This document shows positions 40,241 through 49,283 of a stretch of 64,000 nt of DNA, one piece after another. This DNA is from an uncultured Verrucomicrobiae bacterium (lineage in GTDB: Bacteria; Verrucomicrobiota; Verrucomicrobiia; Limisphaerales; Palsa-1400): assembly GCA_963764165.1 (NCBI GenBank), contig CAVXRD010000003.1, forward strand, positions 320,001-384,000. Reading direction: 5' to 3'. The first letter of the stretch is position 1. Each line of letters opens with the position of its first letter. Both the position numbers and the translations under genes were made by a program. Below the pieces are notes generated by a model. The model ran no database searches, was not told the origin of the DNA, and saw only the letters and a program-made list of their open reading frames with translations.

Positions 40241-41530
40241 TTAAGTGTTTTTCTTGCCTGTGGCAGAGAGATCCTGATCGAGATTCAGTGTCACGGCGGC
40301 TTTGTTGCCGCGTTCCATTCTGGCGATGGCTTCTTCGCCCATCGCGGTAAGATTATTCCGTTCTTTAATGGCGGCGCCCATTTGCTCAATGGCACGAGTG
40401 CGGAATGTATCCACATCATCCAGCGCCTTGATGGCGTCCTTCATGGCTTGCGCCAAACCGGCATCGGAAAGCTGGGCGGACGCCGCTTGTTTGTGAATTT
40501 CAATGCCCTGGGTGGCGAGAAGCTTCGCGTTGAAGGCAATCGTCCGATTGCCCACGTCGTCGAGGGCTTGAATCTTGGTCAACACTATCTTCTGGTTGGC
40601 CAGCGCCTGCGCGGCGGTGATGCCGATGAGCAAGGCGGGATACGTCACGTTTTTGCAACGGATGACGCCGCGGATGAGTTCCTTGTTGTTCTGAATGAGC
40701 ACCTCAAACATCAGCACTCCCTGCTGGTTCACCACCAATTGCTGCTGCAAATCGGTGATGCGCTGGCGCAGGCGATAAATCAGCTTCGTGTTGATATACT
40801 TTGCCTGGTCGCTTTGCGGCTCGAACTTCGCCACTTCGGCCGCCAGCTTCTCGTCAATCAACTGGCAGGTCGCGATGTAACGCGTGAGGTCGCGCGTGGC
40901 CTGGCGCATGGTGACTTGCTCGTCGCGCAGCGTGTCGATGTCGCGCTGGAGCTGCTGCTTGCTGAGTTCGACTGAATCGAAAAGCGCTTCGATCACTTTC
41001 CCGGAAGCCTCGAACTTTGTGAAATACTTGTTCAACTTGTGGCCAACGCCGGGAATCATGCTGGCGACTCGTCCCGCCCAGCCGGCTTCGAAGTTAAACC
41101 GGGACGGGTCAATTTCGTCGAACTGGACTTTCAAGTTCGTAAGAGCGTCAGCAATCCCCTGCCCTTCGCCCCCGCCGATCTGGCCGAGTCGCTTGAGCGG
41201 CTGCTTGAGAAGTTCATTGGCGACGGCGGCTTTGCGCTGCTGGATGACGCCGAGATTCTCGACGGAAAGCGCGGCCTGCTCCTGAGCATCTTCGTTTTCG
41301 ACCGGCACCTTCAAGAGTTTGCCGACGAATTCAGTGGCCTGCCGGTCAAGCTCGGGATCCACTTTTTTTTGCACGACCGCCTTGGTGATTTCATCCGGCC
41401 CAAGCAGGCCGAGGTCGTTTTTTATTTTGCCCGGGTCAGCCACCTGTGGCGCTGCTTCCCTAAGGGCGGATTGCTGTTGTCCCAGCATTTCCAGATTCTG
41501 CGTGGGGGCCGCGAGTATTTGTTCTGACAT
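40241..41530 (-). CDS. telA: Toxic anion resistance protein, TelA/KlaA family
   Basis: All-helical; KLNKYFTKFE, LRQRITDLQQQLVV.QQG, IQNNKELIRGV, ALANQKIVL, IHKQA. Confidence 0.88.
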   Translation of the reverse strand: MSEQILAAPTQNLEMLGQQQSALREAAPQVADPGKIKNDLGLLGPDEITKAVVQKKVDPELDRQATEFVGKLLKVPVENEDAQEQAALSVENLGVIQQRKAAVANELLKQPLKRLGQIGGGEGQGIADALTNLKVQFDEIDPSRFNFEAGWAGRVASMIPGVGHKLNKYFTKFEASGKVIEALFDSVELSKQQLQRDIDTLRDEQVTMRQATRDLTRYIATCQLIDEKLAAEVAKFEPQSDQAKYINTKLIYRLRQRITDLQQQLVVNQQGVLMFEVLIQNNKELIRGVIRCKNVTYPALLIGITAAQALANQKIVLTKIQALDDVGNRTIAFNAKLLATQGIEIHKQAASAQLSDAGLAQAMKDAIKALDDVDTFRTRAIEQMGAAIKERNNLTAMGEEAIARMERGNKAAVTLNLDQDLSATGKKNT

Positions 41531-41551
41531 ATATTTTTCCTCTCGTTAGTT

Positions 41552-42415
41552 TTATTTTTTAAGATCCTGTTCCAGCGAAATCGCCGGAGTTTGCCTGCTG
41601 TTTGCCCTGACTATCATTTGATTCAGCAAATCCATGGCTTCGGCCATCATCTCCCGTGGCGTCTGCGAAGCAGACCTGTCTTTCATTCGGACGGCGGCGT
41701 TGCCCGCCTTGTCCATCGTGGCTAGCGCCTCTTCATTCGCCGCCAGAAGCTCTTCGACTTCCTGCGCGGTTTGATCGTAAACGCCAGCCTGGTCCTTCAA
41801 TGCCTTGAGGCTCGTCTCGTCGGCGTGTGTCCGCGCGGGCTTCTGATCCAACGCCGTGACGCGTCCTTGAATTTCCGCGCGATTCATGTCTTTGACATTG
41901 AGAAGCAGCGTGACCACGCGATCGAGATTGTCCAGGCCAGAACGGTAGACTTGCTCCGCCGTTCCCATGACGCGCGAGAAGGTCAATTCGCTTTCCGAAA
42001 GCACTCTGCGGAACACGGCCAGCAGGTTTTGAAATTTTTCTTCGAATTGCTTTACCTGGATTTCTCCCTGCTGGCATCCGAGTTTCTTGAGATCGGCTGA
42101 CAACTCCGCTGACTTTTGCTTTTTTAGCCTTTCAAATTCGTCGTGCATCCTCGCGTAATGTTCCTGCATATAGGCTTCGCCTCTGCCGAGAAAACGGTAG
42201 GCCAGATGAGCCGCCCCCAACACCACCCCGCCCGTGGCAATGGCCACCGTGGCGGGCGCGGAAACAACCGAGAACAAACCCAGTCCGAAAGCCGTCACCG
42301 CGCCGAGCGCCGGAGGCCAGAGAGTCAGCGGATGCTGGATGGTGTCGAGAAAGGCCGTGCGTCGCGCGGCCTTCTCGCTGAAATCCATCTGCGGGCTGCC
42401 TGTGTCAACCTTCAT
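41552..42415 (-). CDS. Membrane-anchored coiled-coil protein, probable XpaC-like TelA partner
   Basis: Two N-terminal TM helices then a long helical region; lies immediately upstream of telA. The XpaC-like label rests mainly on position and topology. Confidence 0.65.
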   Translation of the reverse strand: MKVDTGSPQMDFSEKAARRTAFLDTIQHPLTLWPPALGAVTAFGLGLFSVVSAPATVAIATGGVVLGAAHLAYRFLGRGEAYMQEHYARMHDEFERLKKQKSAELSADLKKLGCQQGEIQVKQFEEKFQNLLAVFRRVLSESELTFSRVMGTAEQVYRSGLDNLDRVVTLLLNVKDMNRAEIQGRVTALDQKPARTHADETSLKALKDQAGVYDQTAQEVEELLAANEEALATMDKAGNAAVRMKDRSASQTPREMMAEAMDLLNQMIVRANSRQTPAISLEQDLKK

Positions 42416-42430
42416 GGTGGCTCGTTTAAT

Positions 42431-44092
42431 TTACAACTGCGCTTGCGTGAGCTTTTTCACGCCGCGAACGCTATCGGCGAAATCATGCGTGAAATCACGC
42501 AGCGCCTCCGCGTGGTCCGAGGCAAAACTCTGGCGATAAACGCTTTCAACTCCGGCGATCACATCCTCAGGCCGCACGCCTTCAGTTGGCACGGGCTTTG
42601 AAAGCTCTCGCTCCAACGCCAGCCGTTTAGCTTCTTCCACAATGACCGGAATCATCGCCCCGCTGACAATATTCTCCAGCGTAAAACGGACGGTCGTGTT
42701 CGCGCCCGCCGCTCCTTCGCGCTCGATTTCGTAAATGACACGTTTCGCGGAAAACAGCTCCTCGGCGAAGATGTCTCCCAGCTTTTCGAGCGTCACCGTT
42801 TCCGAAACAGGAACATTCTTCATGTTCTTCAAAAAAATTTCGCGAGCGGCTTTTCGATCTGGACGGCTGATGCGCAATTTCACATCGATGCGGCCCTCCC
42901 GCACGGCGGCATAATCCAAAGACTCCGGCTTGTTGGTCGCCAATATAACCAAAGCGCCCGATTGGCGCACGCCCTGCATTTCCGCGAGGAAGGCGGGAAC
43001 GATTGTGCGCAACACGTCGCTGCTGATGCCGGAATCGCGCTTCGCGAGAATAGATTCGGCCTCGTCCAAAAATATGACCGGACGAATGCCGGTCTTCTCG
43101 AAAAACTTGCGCGCTCGGGCAAAAAGATGCCGGATGGTGGCTTCTGGAACTCCGACATATTTGTCCAAAATCTCGGGCCCGGAAACCAGGATGAAACCCT
43201 GTGATGCTTTTGCTCCTTTGGCGCTGCAGGTTGCGGTAATGGACGTATAGATGGCTTTTCCAAACATGGTCTTGCTGCATCCCGGCGGACCATAAAGCAA
43301 AACGCCCGACGGCGGTTTTTTCCCGAAAAACTTGTAATGCTCCGGATGCAGCATCGGTTTTTCCAAGGCATCCATGAAGCGGTTCTTCGCTTCTTCCTGG
43401 CCGCAAATGTCGTCCCACGAAACTTGAGTGGCCTCGTCAACCGAGAACGAATCATCCTCGAGGCCGAAGTTCCCGACGATCACCGTCGCGCTGGCATCGA
43501 GCACCACTCTGCCGCTGGGTTCGAGTTTGCCGGCGAATTTCCCGGCATAGACTGTCTTCCGGTTGCCTTGAAAATCCACCAATGCCATATCGCCGTCGAG
43601 CGCCTGGGCTACGAACGCAATGCTGCCGGAGGCGGCTCCCTTCTCGACGTCCACCACCGAAAGCGGGTCGCGCGAGAGTTTGAGATGGTCGCCCGGCTCG
43701 ACGGAAAATCCGTCAACCAAAAACTCCAAGAGCTGGCCGCCATAAATGGCAACGGCCAGTTTCTCCAATTCCTCGCCAGCCAATTCCAAATCGCAAGCGC
43801 CATCTTGGATGCCGGGCAAGCCAATCCGATAACGGTTCTTGTAGCCACCCGGAAATAAAACATAAGCCCATCCCGGCTCGTCCTGCTTTGCGCCGATGAC
43901 TTCGCCCGTCCCGCTCGCTTCGGGATTCAAGCCGAAATACTTGCTGTCCTTTCGAACCTTGACCAAGGTCCCCTTGCATCCCAGCCGGTCAGGCGACGGA
44001 AGCGGTTTGCGCGTCAACACTCGGATGACGGTCGCAAGGCCAAGCGGATAAATGGTCTTTGCCGCGCCCAATTCAGATGGAGTTGTTGTCAT
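42431..44092 (-). CDS. ARC/Mpa-like proteasomal-type AAA+ ATPase with atypical N- and C-termini
   Basis: AGGAG RBS before ATG 44092; GVLLYGPPGCSKT, GPEILDKYVG, IFLDEAES..R.SGISSDV..TIVP, ATN..GRIDVKLRISRPD, SGAMI..IV..AK; tandem OB-like region before the AAA module. Confidence 0.88.
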   Translation of the reverse strand: MTTTPSELGAAKTIYPLGLATVIRVLTRKPLPSPDRLGCKGTLVKVRKDSKYFGLNPEASGTGEVIGAKQDEPGWAYVLFPGGYKNRYRIGLPGIQDGACDLELAGEELEKLAVAIYGGQLLEFLVDGFSVEPGDHLKLSRDPLSVVDVEKGAASGSIAFVAQALDGDMALVDFQGNRKTVYAGKFAGKLEPSGRVVLDASATVIVGNFGLEDDSFSVDEATQVSWDDICGQEEAKNRFMDALEKPMLHPEHYKFFGKKPPSGVLLYGPPGCSKTMFGKAIYTSITATCSAKGAKASQGFILVSGPEILDKYVGVPEATIRHLFARARKFFEKTGIRPVIFLDEAESILAKRDSGISSDVLRTIVPAFLAEMQGVRQSGALVILATNKPESLDYAAVREGRIDVKLRISRPDRKAAREIFLKNMKNVPVSETVTLEKLGDIFAEELFSAKRVIYEIEREGAAGANTTVRFTLENIVSGAMIPVIVEEAKRLALERELSKPVPTEGVRPEDVIAGVESVYRQSFASDHAEALRDFTHDFADSVRGVKKLTQAQL

Positions 44093-44108
44093 GGTTTCTC
44101 CTATCCCG

Positions 44109-45698
44109 TCAAAATGTCTCCGAGAGCAGCGATACCTCAACGCGCGGCAAACGATAGGTTTGGTAGGCGCGCTCACTTTCGCCGGGCAGCATTGGCAGCG
44201 GCCTGGTTCCGCCGTAGCCGACCGAACGAATTCGATTTGTGTCAATCGCATATGTGATCGTTAGATATCGAACGACCGCATCGGCGCGTTCCTGCGAGAG
44301 CGCAAGGTTTGCATCAGCGTCGCCGAGAAAAGAGGTGTGGCCTTCGACCAGAATTCGAAATGTCGGATAATGCTTGAGGCGCGAAACCATCGCATCGAGC
44401 TTTTCCTTCTCCGAAACCTCAAGCTCGCCGACCCCGCTTTGAAATAGGATGGGTTCGATATTCAGGCTGCCCACCGAATGCAATTTCGCCCACTGCGCAT
44501 CGGTCAGCGGCTTGAACGGTTTGCTCAGGCCATCGCCGCCTTCCATCGCCTTTGACGCAGTGCCTGTCAGCGCGGAAAAACCGTTCCGGATGCCGGTATT
44601 GTAGATTTGCTGAACGAAACTGCTGTTCACGATTCGGTATGGATCTTTGTCGGGTAGCGGATCCGATTTGAAATCCCCGCTCTGAACCAAAATCTCAACA
44701 GTTGACTGAATCGTGTCAATCAACCCCTGCTCCGCCATCTGGCCCGGCCCGCTGATTCCAAACCACTCCTGGCAATTCTCGCTCAGATTGGCCCAAGCCA
44801 CGCCGTTCAACATCTTCTTCACCGAGTCGGCGGGCAGTTTCAGTTCGGAGTGAATGTCCTTCTCAAGCTCGTCGGAATTGTCCGCGTAGAATTTCAGCGT
44901 CCGAAAGTAGGTTTTCAAAAACAAATCCACTTTTTCAGGATTCTTAAGCGCGAATTGGCGGTTGACCACGAGAATGTCCACAATCAGACGGCTGGTGCTT
45001 TCTGTTCCCAGGATTTTGACCACGCCCGGAATTTCAAGAGCCTTCGATACGTTGGGTTCCCAGAGAATCGCGACTGAGACCTTTTTCTCCTGCAGAAACT
45101 TGAGCGCTTCCTGCGAATCCTTTGTCTCGATTCGCTTGTTGGCGCTGATCTCCTTCAATCCTGGAACATTGAAATGCGAACTGATGGATTTCAAAAGATG
45201 CTGGCTGGGCGAAGCCGGAGTGTAAGCGATCTTCGGCATTGTGTGGCTGTCGAAGGTCTTGAACGACTCAAGGCTGGAAACAACATTGCTGTAGGCGACC
45301 ATCGCATCGCCGCCTTTGGATTCATCCACGATGGCCACAATTGTTCCGGGAAAATCAACCGGCGCGGCGTTGAGGATGTAAGAATCGACCGTTACCACGG
45401 CAAAATCCAAATCGCCATCCCGCAGCTTCTTCATCCGCGCGGGATAATCGCCGCCGTCGTTGGAAATATCGAGGCGATAGCCCTCGTTGCGCATCGCCTT
45501 TTTCATGCGGCCAGAACTGAGCGGGTAATATCCAATCCAGTCGTCAATCGCGACGGTTACTTTCCCTTTCAGATCCTTGTCATCGCTGGTTTGGATCTGC
45601 ATGCGGTTCTTCAAGACCGGGATCATCTTCTTGGCCACGTACAAGCCGGGGAGAATGAGCACCAGAAACAGAAGAACGAGAATGGGCGTTTTTTTCAT
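44109..45698 (-). CDS. Solute-binding (NMT1/TauA-like) domain fused to a C-terminal OmpA-like domain, N-terminal membrane anchor
   Basis: DDWIGYYP, DESKGGDA, WEPNVS, IVDILV; then ILF..VEGHTS..NLALSQERADAV..GYGG..RVEV. Confidence 0.87.
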   Translation of the reverse strand: MKKTPILVLLFLVLILPGLYVAKKMIPVLKNRMQIQTSDDKDLKGKVTVAIDDWIGYYPLSSGRMKKAMRNEGYRLDISNDGGDYPARMKKLRDGDLDFAVVTVDSYILNAAPVDFPGTIVAIVDESKGGDAMVAYSNVVSSLESFKTFDSHTMPKIAYTPASPSQHLLKSISSHFNVPGLKEISANKRIETKDSQEALKFLQEKKVSVAILWEPNVSKALEIPGVVKILGTESTSRLIVDILVVNRQFALKNPEKVDLFLKTYFRTLKFYADNSDELEKDIHSELKLPADSVKKMLNGVAWANLSENCQEWFGISGPGQMAEQGLIDTIQSTVEILVQSGDFKSDPLPDKDPYRIVNSSFVQQIYNTGIRNGFSALTGTASKAMEGGDGLSKPFKPLTDAQWAKLHSVGSLNIEPILFQSGVGELEVSEKEKLDAMVSRLKHYPTFRILVEGHTSFLGDADANLALSQERADAVVRYLTITYAIDTNRIRSVGYGGTRPLPMLPGESERAYQTYRLPRVEVSLLSETF

Positions 45699-45716
45699 GT
45701 TGATCCTCGCGTCAGA

Positions 45717-46628
45717 TCAGCCGGCAATCTCCATATCAAAGCCAAGAATGCTTCGATGGCCATAATCAGGCGGGACTGCCGGATTTTCACGAATTTGAGT
45801 GACGTAGTGCCAGAGGCCCTTGTCCGATTGAAAAATCCCCTCCCCTTCCGCCAAGGTGCGGCGGACGTATTCCGTCTTCTTGTCTGGACCGTAAACGATG
45901 CTTTCTCCCCCGAGAATTCCCGCGCGCTCGATCACGAGGGCGGACACAATATAATCGGCGCCATCCTGGTGAATTCCCTCGGGCGCGTTATCGCCGCCGG
46001 AAAGAATGTCTGCAAAGATGAACATTTGATGGACGCTCATGCGCAGCTTTGCGCAACTGGGGTGGCGCTCGCGAACCATCTCGGCAAAGCATCCCATCAA
46101 ATGGCGCACTTGTGGATGCTCAGCGACCATCGCTTCCATTTCGTGAAAGACGCGCACAAGGCGTCGCGGATCATTCGCCCCGACGTTTTGTTGGTATTGC
46201 GCCGCCGGAACGCGCTCAAAACTCCACTTGCCCGCCGCCCGCATCAGATTGAAGCGAGCCACGGAGCGCTTGCGCCGACCGGTCATGCCGATACGGTCCA
46301 GTTCATTGCGATCCGTGTCGTCTAGTTGTTTTACTAGATCGTAGATGGCCGCAAGGTCTTCCTTGTTTGAATAATAATTGCGCAGAAATTCGCTGAGCCG
46401 ATCCGATTGCTCAGGAAATCGCTTTTTGAGAAGTTCTACTTTCGCCCGTTTCGCATCGTAAGGATCGAGATGCAATACGGAAAAAGTCGGGCGCATGTCG
46501 CACAAAAAGCTTTCCCGATCCACTCCAAACGTCTCGAGCGAGAAAACCCGCACCGGCGGAATTTCCGTCCCGAATTTTCGGGATAGCTCGGTTTCGTTGA
46601 TGATGAATTTGTTCACGGTGGCTTTCAA
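45717..46628 (-). CDS. 2-oxoglutarate/Fe(II)-dependent dioxygenase family protein
   Basis: APEGIHQDGADY (HxD), LWHYVT (distal His), HRSILGFD (2OG-binding Arg). TTG start overlaps the upstream stop. Confidence 0.87.
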   Translation of the reverse strand: MKATVNKFIINETELSRKFGTEIPPVRVFSLETFGVDRESFLCDMRPTFSVLHLDPYDAKRAKVELLKKRFPEQSDRLSEFLRNYYSNKEDLAAIYDLVKQLDDTDRNELDRIGMTGRRKRSVARFNLMRAAGKWSFERVPAAQYQQNVGANDPRRLVRVFHEMEAMVAEHPQVRHLMGCFAEMVRERHPSCAKLRMSVHQMFIFADILSGGDNAPEGIHQDGADYIVSALVIERAGILGGESIVYGPDKKTEYVRRTLAEGEGIFQSDKGLWHYVTQIRENPAVPPDYGHRSILGFDMEIAG

Positions 46629-47401
46629 TGCGCGTCCGGTTTGGCGCTGAACTCCGATTCAGCCAGGACGCTTTCAAGCCCCTGGTTGAGCTCCTGAAGG
46701 CTGGTGGCGTCGTGGTAAAGCGTCAGCCCGGGCCGGTTTAAGCTGTGGCCTTCGCCGATGCAGAAGCCAATCGTGCTGATCAACACCGGCGAATCGGAGA
46801 CGATCTTATTGACAATCTCGCGAGGATCGTCTCCCCGGTCAGCCTCGCCATCGGTCACAATCACCAGATAATATTCGCCGTAACCAAGCTGGCGCCTGGC
46901 CTGTTTTTGCAGAAGCGAATAGCCCAGCTTCACAGCCCTGCCCAGCGGCGTGTTGCTGTCCGAACGAACCGCCTGCAACGCTTGATTGAAAGCAGCGCGA
47001 TTAAGCGAAAGCGGCGCGCGTTCCGTCACACCCGCGCTGTCAAAGGCGCACAGCCCCAAGTTGTCGTCCGGCCTGATTTTGGTGGCGAAGGAGGCAATGG
47101 CCTGCTTGGCCGCCACGATCTTTGACAAATTCCCGGAACAATGGGACTCCGACATGGAGCCGGATCCGTCAAGCACAATCAGGAAGTTGCGGCGAGTCAG
47201 CAGCGCATCCAGGTCTTTCGCGGGGTCGCTTCCGTACCACGAGCGATTGTTGAAACCGCGAACCTCTTTCGGATCATCCAATACGGTCGTGACAATTTGC
47301 GGCCGCGGCGCGGACGGCGATCGATGGGGCCGCTGATTTCTCATGGAAATGTAGACCGCGACCAGAATGAAAACGAAAATGAGCCTTGCGAAAAATTTCA
47401 T
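46625..47401 (-). CDS. Membrane-anchored vWA domain protein
   Basis: N-terminal TM helix; LDGSGSM MIDAS, NTPLG, VTDGEA. Start overlaps the upstream stop (ATGA). Confidence 0.9.
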   Translation of the reverse strand: MKFFARLIFVFILVAVYISMRNQRPHRSPSAPRPQIVTTVLDDPKEVRGFNNRSWYGSDPAKDLDALLTRRNFLIVLDGSGSMSESHCSGNLSKIVAAKQAIASFATKIRPDDNLGLCAFDSAGVTERAPLSLNRAAFNQALQAVRSDSNTPLGRAVKLGYSLLQKQARRQLGYGEYYLVIVTDGEADRGDDPREIVNKIVSDSPVLISTIGFCIGEGHSLNRPGLTLYHDATSLQELNQGLESVLAESEFSAKPDAH

Positions 47402-49140
47402 TTGGCACCTCCATCCGGGGTCCACACTGATTCCGCCTCAACGTTGACGATGCGAAGTTCGCATCGCATGTTCGAATAAGCCGCCTCTTTGCTGGTGGGC
47501 CGGATTGGCTCGCCATCCGATGTCGTGCCGGTCTTGGGATCACTTATGCCGTGGCCCATCGTCGTGAACTGCGACGGGTCCAGCGCCACGCCTTTGGATT
47601 TGGCATAGTTGACAATCGCTTCCCGCACTTGCACCGCGCGATTCAGCGATGTGTTGTTGGCGGATTGCTTGATGCGCGAAAGAACCAGGGTGGGCTGCCC
47701 CTTGCTCTTGGCATCGCAGTATCCTGTCGGATCCGCGTAGCCTTCCACCGTGATGATCGCGCCGGCATAGATGGCAGCGCGCTTGATTACCTCGTCGAAT
47801 TGCGTGGCATAGGCCTCAGGGGCAAAGGTCGCCTGGTTCGGCTTGAAAAAGACCTCGAATTCGAAGAGTTGATTGTCCTTGAGAGTGCCTTGCTCGGAAC
47901 GCTGCGCCATGACTTTCGCCACTTCGCCGCTCTGAAATTTTGGAACCTCGCTGGCTACGATCTGCGTCAAACCCGATTTCAACGCATCGTAATCCAATCC
48001 CGCGGTATCCACCGCGACCTTCGATCCAATAAGCCCCAGGCCCACCAGCCCGCCCTGAATCTCATCCTGCAGGACAGCGAAACGGCGCGGAAATGTTGGG
48101 CTGGTGAACGTGTTGACGTTTCCAACAAAGCCGACGTATTCGCAATCCCCATAAAGGCCTTTCGCGTCCGCGACAGCCTGCGGGCTGTCAAGCAGAATGG
48201 TGGCAGCGGCGGTCATCAATTTGTTGTAATCCGCTTTTTGCGTCACGCTGTCGCGCATGAGCACCGCCAGTTTTTCCTGCGCCATGAGCAGGGCGTGCGC
48301 GAAGTTGATCACTTCAGCCTTGTGGGCCTGGAAGTAATCGCTGCGAACCGCGTAGACGTCGACAATAATGCGGCTGGCCGTTTTTGTTGACATCAAAATA
48401 TGCGCGCCTTTCACTGATTTTTCCGCGCCCGTTCCAACGCCGCTGTTGCTGGTGATCTCGGCCGCGTCGGGGCTGATCATGAACGCCGCGTCCACTGATG
48501 GGTCGGTGCGCATCGCGCCAGCCGGCGTGTCGTCCGTTCCGGTGAGATCCTTGACCCACTTAATCTTGACGTCGGTCAGCGCGATATTGGCGTCCGCCAG
48601 CACGCGGGTCAAATAATCCACATGCGGGCCGTAAGCCTGCAAAACGATGGTCTTTCCTTTGAGATCAGCCGGGGTCTTGATGCTGGATTTGACCACCAGC
48701 ACGTCGCCTCCAACCGAATAGGTAAGCTGCCCGATAACCACCGGTTTCACGCGCGGATCCTGCAGGGCTTCGATGGCCTGGTTCAACATGCCAAGCGTGC
48801 ATCGAAGATAGGCGGAATCACCGCGAATATAGGCCGCGATTTGCTTGGTGAAGTCATCCTCACGCTTGAGGCTGAACTTCAACCCTTGCGCGTCGAAGAC
48901 GCTGCCACTGGCCGTGTTCACCGCGCTGCCGTTGGCCAGGATGGTGGCAATGTCCCCGCCCCACGTAATGATGGGAAGCTGCATCGCGCCGCCTTCGCGC
49001 ACCGGCACGACCCCCTGCTTGATGACCTTCGCGAGCGGAGGCGAGTCGATGTATTTTACAGTTGCCGCCAGAGCCGAGAAGGCAGCCAAGCTGGGGAAGA
49101 TCACCGCAATCGCCAAGCTTGTCAGGGATTTTGTTTTCAT
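47398..49140 (-). CDS. Exported solute-binding-like domain fused to a divergent OmpA-like domain
   Basis: Signal peptide; ITWGGD, YSVGGD, DLKGKTI, IVDVYAVRSD; C-terminal VFF..VEGYAD..SLNRA..GHG..NMRCE. Confidence 0.85.
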   Translation of the reverse strand: MKTKSLTSLAIAVIFPSLAAFSALAATVKYIDSPPLAKVIKQGVVPVREGGAMQLPIITWGGDIATILANGSAVNTASGSVFDAQGLKFSLKREDDFTKQIAAYIRGDSAYLRCTLGMLNQAIEALQDPRVKPVVIGQLTYSVGGDVLVVKSSIKTPADLKGKTIVLQAYGPHVDYLTRVLADANIALTDVKIKWVKDLTGTDDTPAGAMRTDPSVDAAFMISPDAAEITSNSGVGTGAEKSVKGAHILMSTKTASRIIVDVYAVRSDYFQAHKAEVINFAHALLMAQEKLAVLMRDSVTQKADYNKLMTAAATILLDSPQAVADAKGLYGDCEYVGFVGNVNTFTSPTFPRRFAVLQDEIQGGLVGLGLIGSKVAVDTAGLDYDALKSGLTQIVASEVPKFQSGEVAKVMAQRSEQGTLKDNQLFEFEVFFKPNQATFAPEAYATQFDEVIKRAAIYAGAIITVEGYADPTGYCDAKSKGQPTLVLSRIKQSANNTSLNRAVQVREAIVNYAKSKGVALDPSQFTTMGHGISDPKTGTTSDGEPIRPTSKEAAYSNMRCELRIVNVEAESVWTPDGGAK

Positions 49141-49259
49141 AATAAATGCAATTCCGTTTGGACTGGAGTTTTCTCCAATCGCGCCCGGTTTCATCCCCGG
49201 GCATCCTGCCATTGTATACCGTCCGCTCCGAATCTACCTGAATTGACGGGCGGGGCAGC

Positions 49260-49283
49260 TACAAAACGCACACCTGTTTTGTA
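49260..49283. promoter_or_regulatory. Candidate operator TACAAAAC-N8-GTTTTGTA upstream of the 10-gene operon
   Basis: Perfect 8-bp inverted arms about 120 bp before ATG 49140; TACAAT -10-like hexamer on the minus strand at 49211-49216. Confidence 0.45.

Noticed and set aside
42431..44092. Complete Pup/UBact-proteasome locus
   Set aside because: No modifier, ligase, deamidase or 20S subunit genes in the window.
44093..44251. N-terminal extension of the AAA ORF given in the track
   Set aside because: Overlaps the upstream gene; a good RBS precedes ATG 44092.
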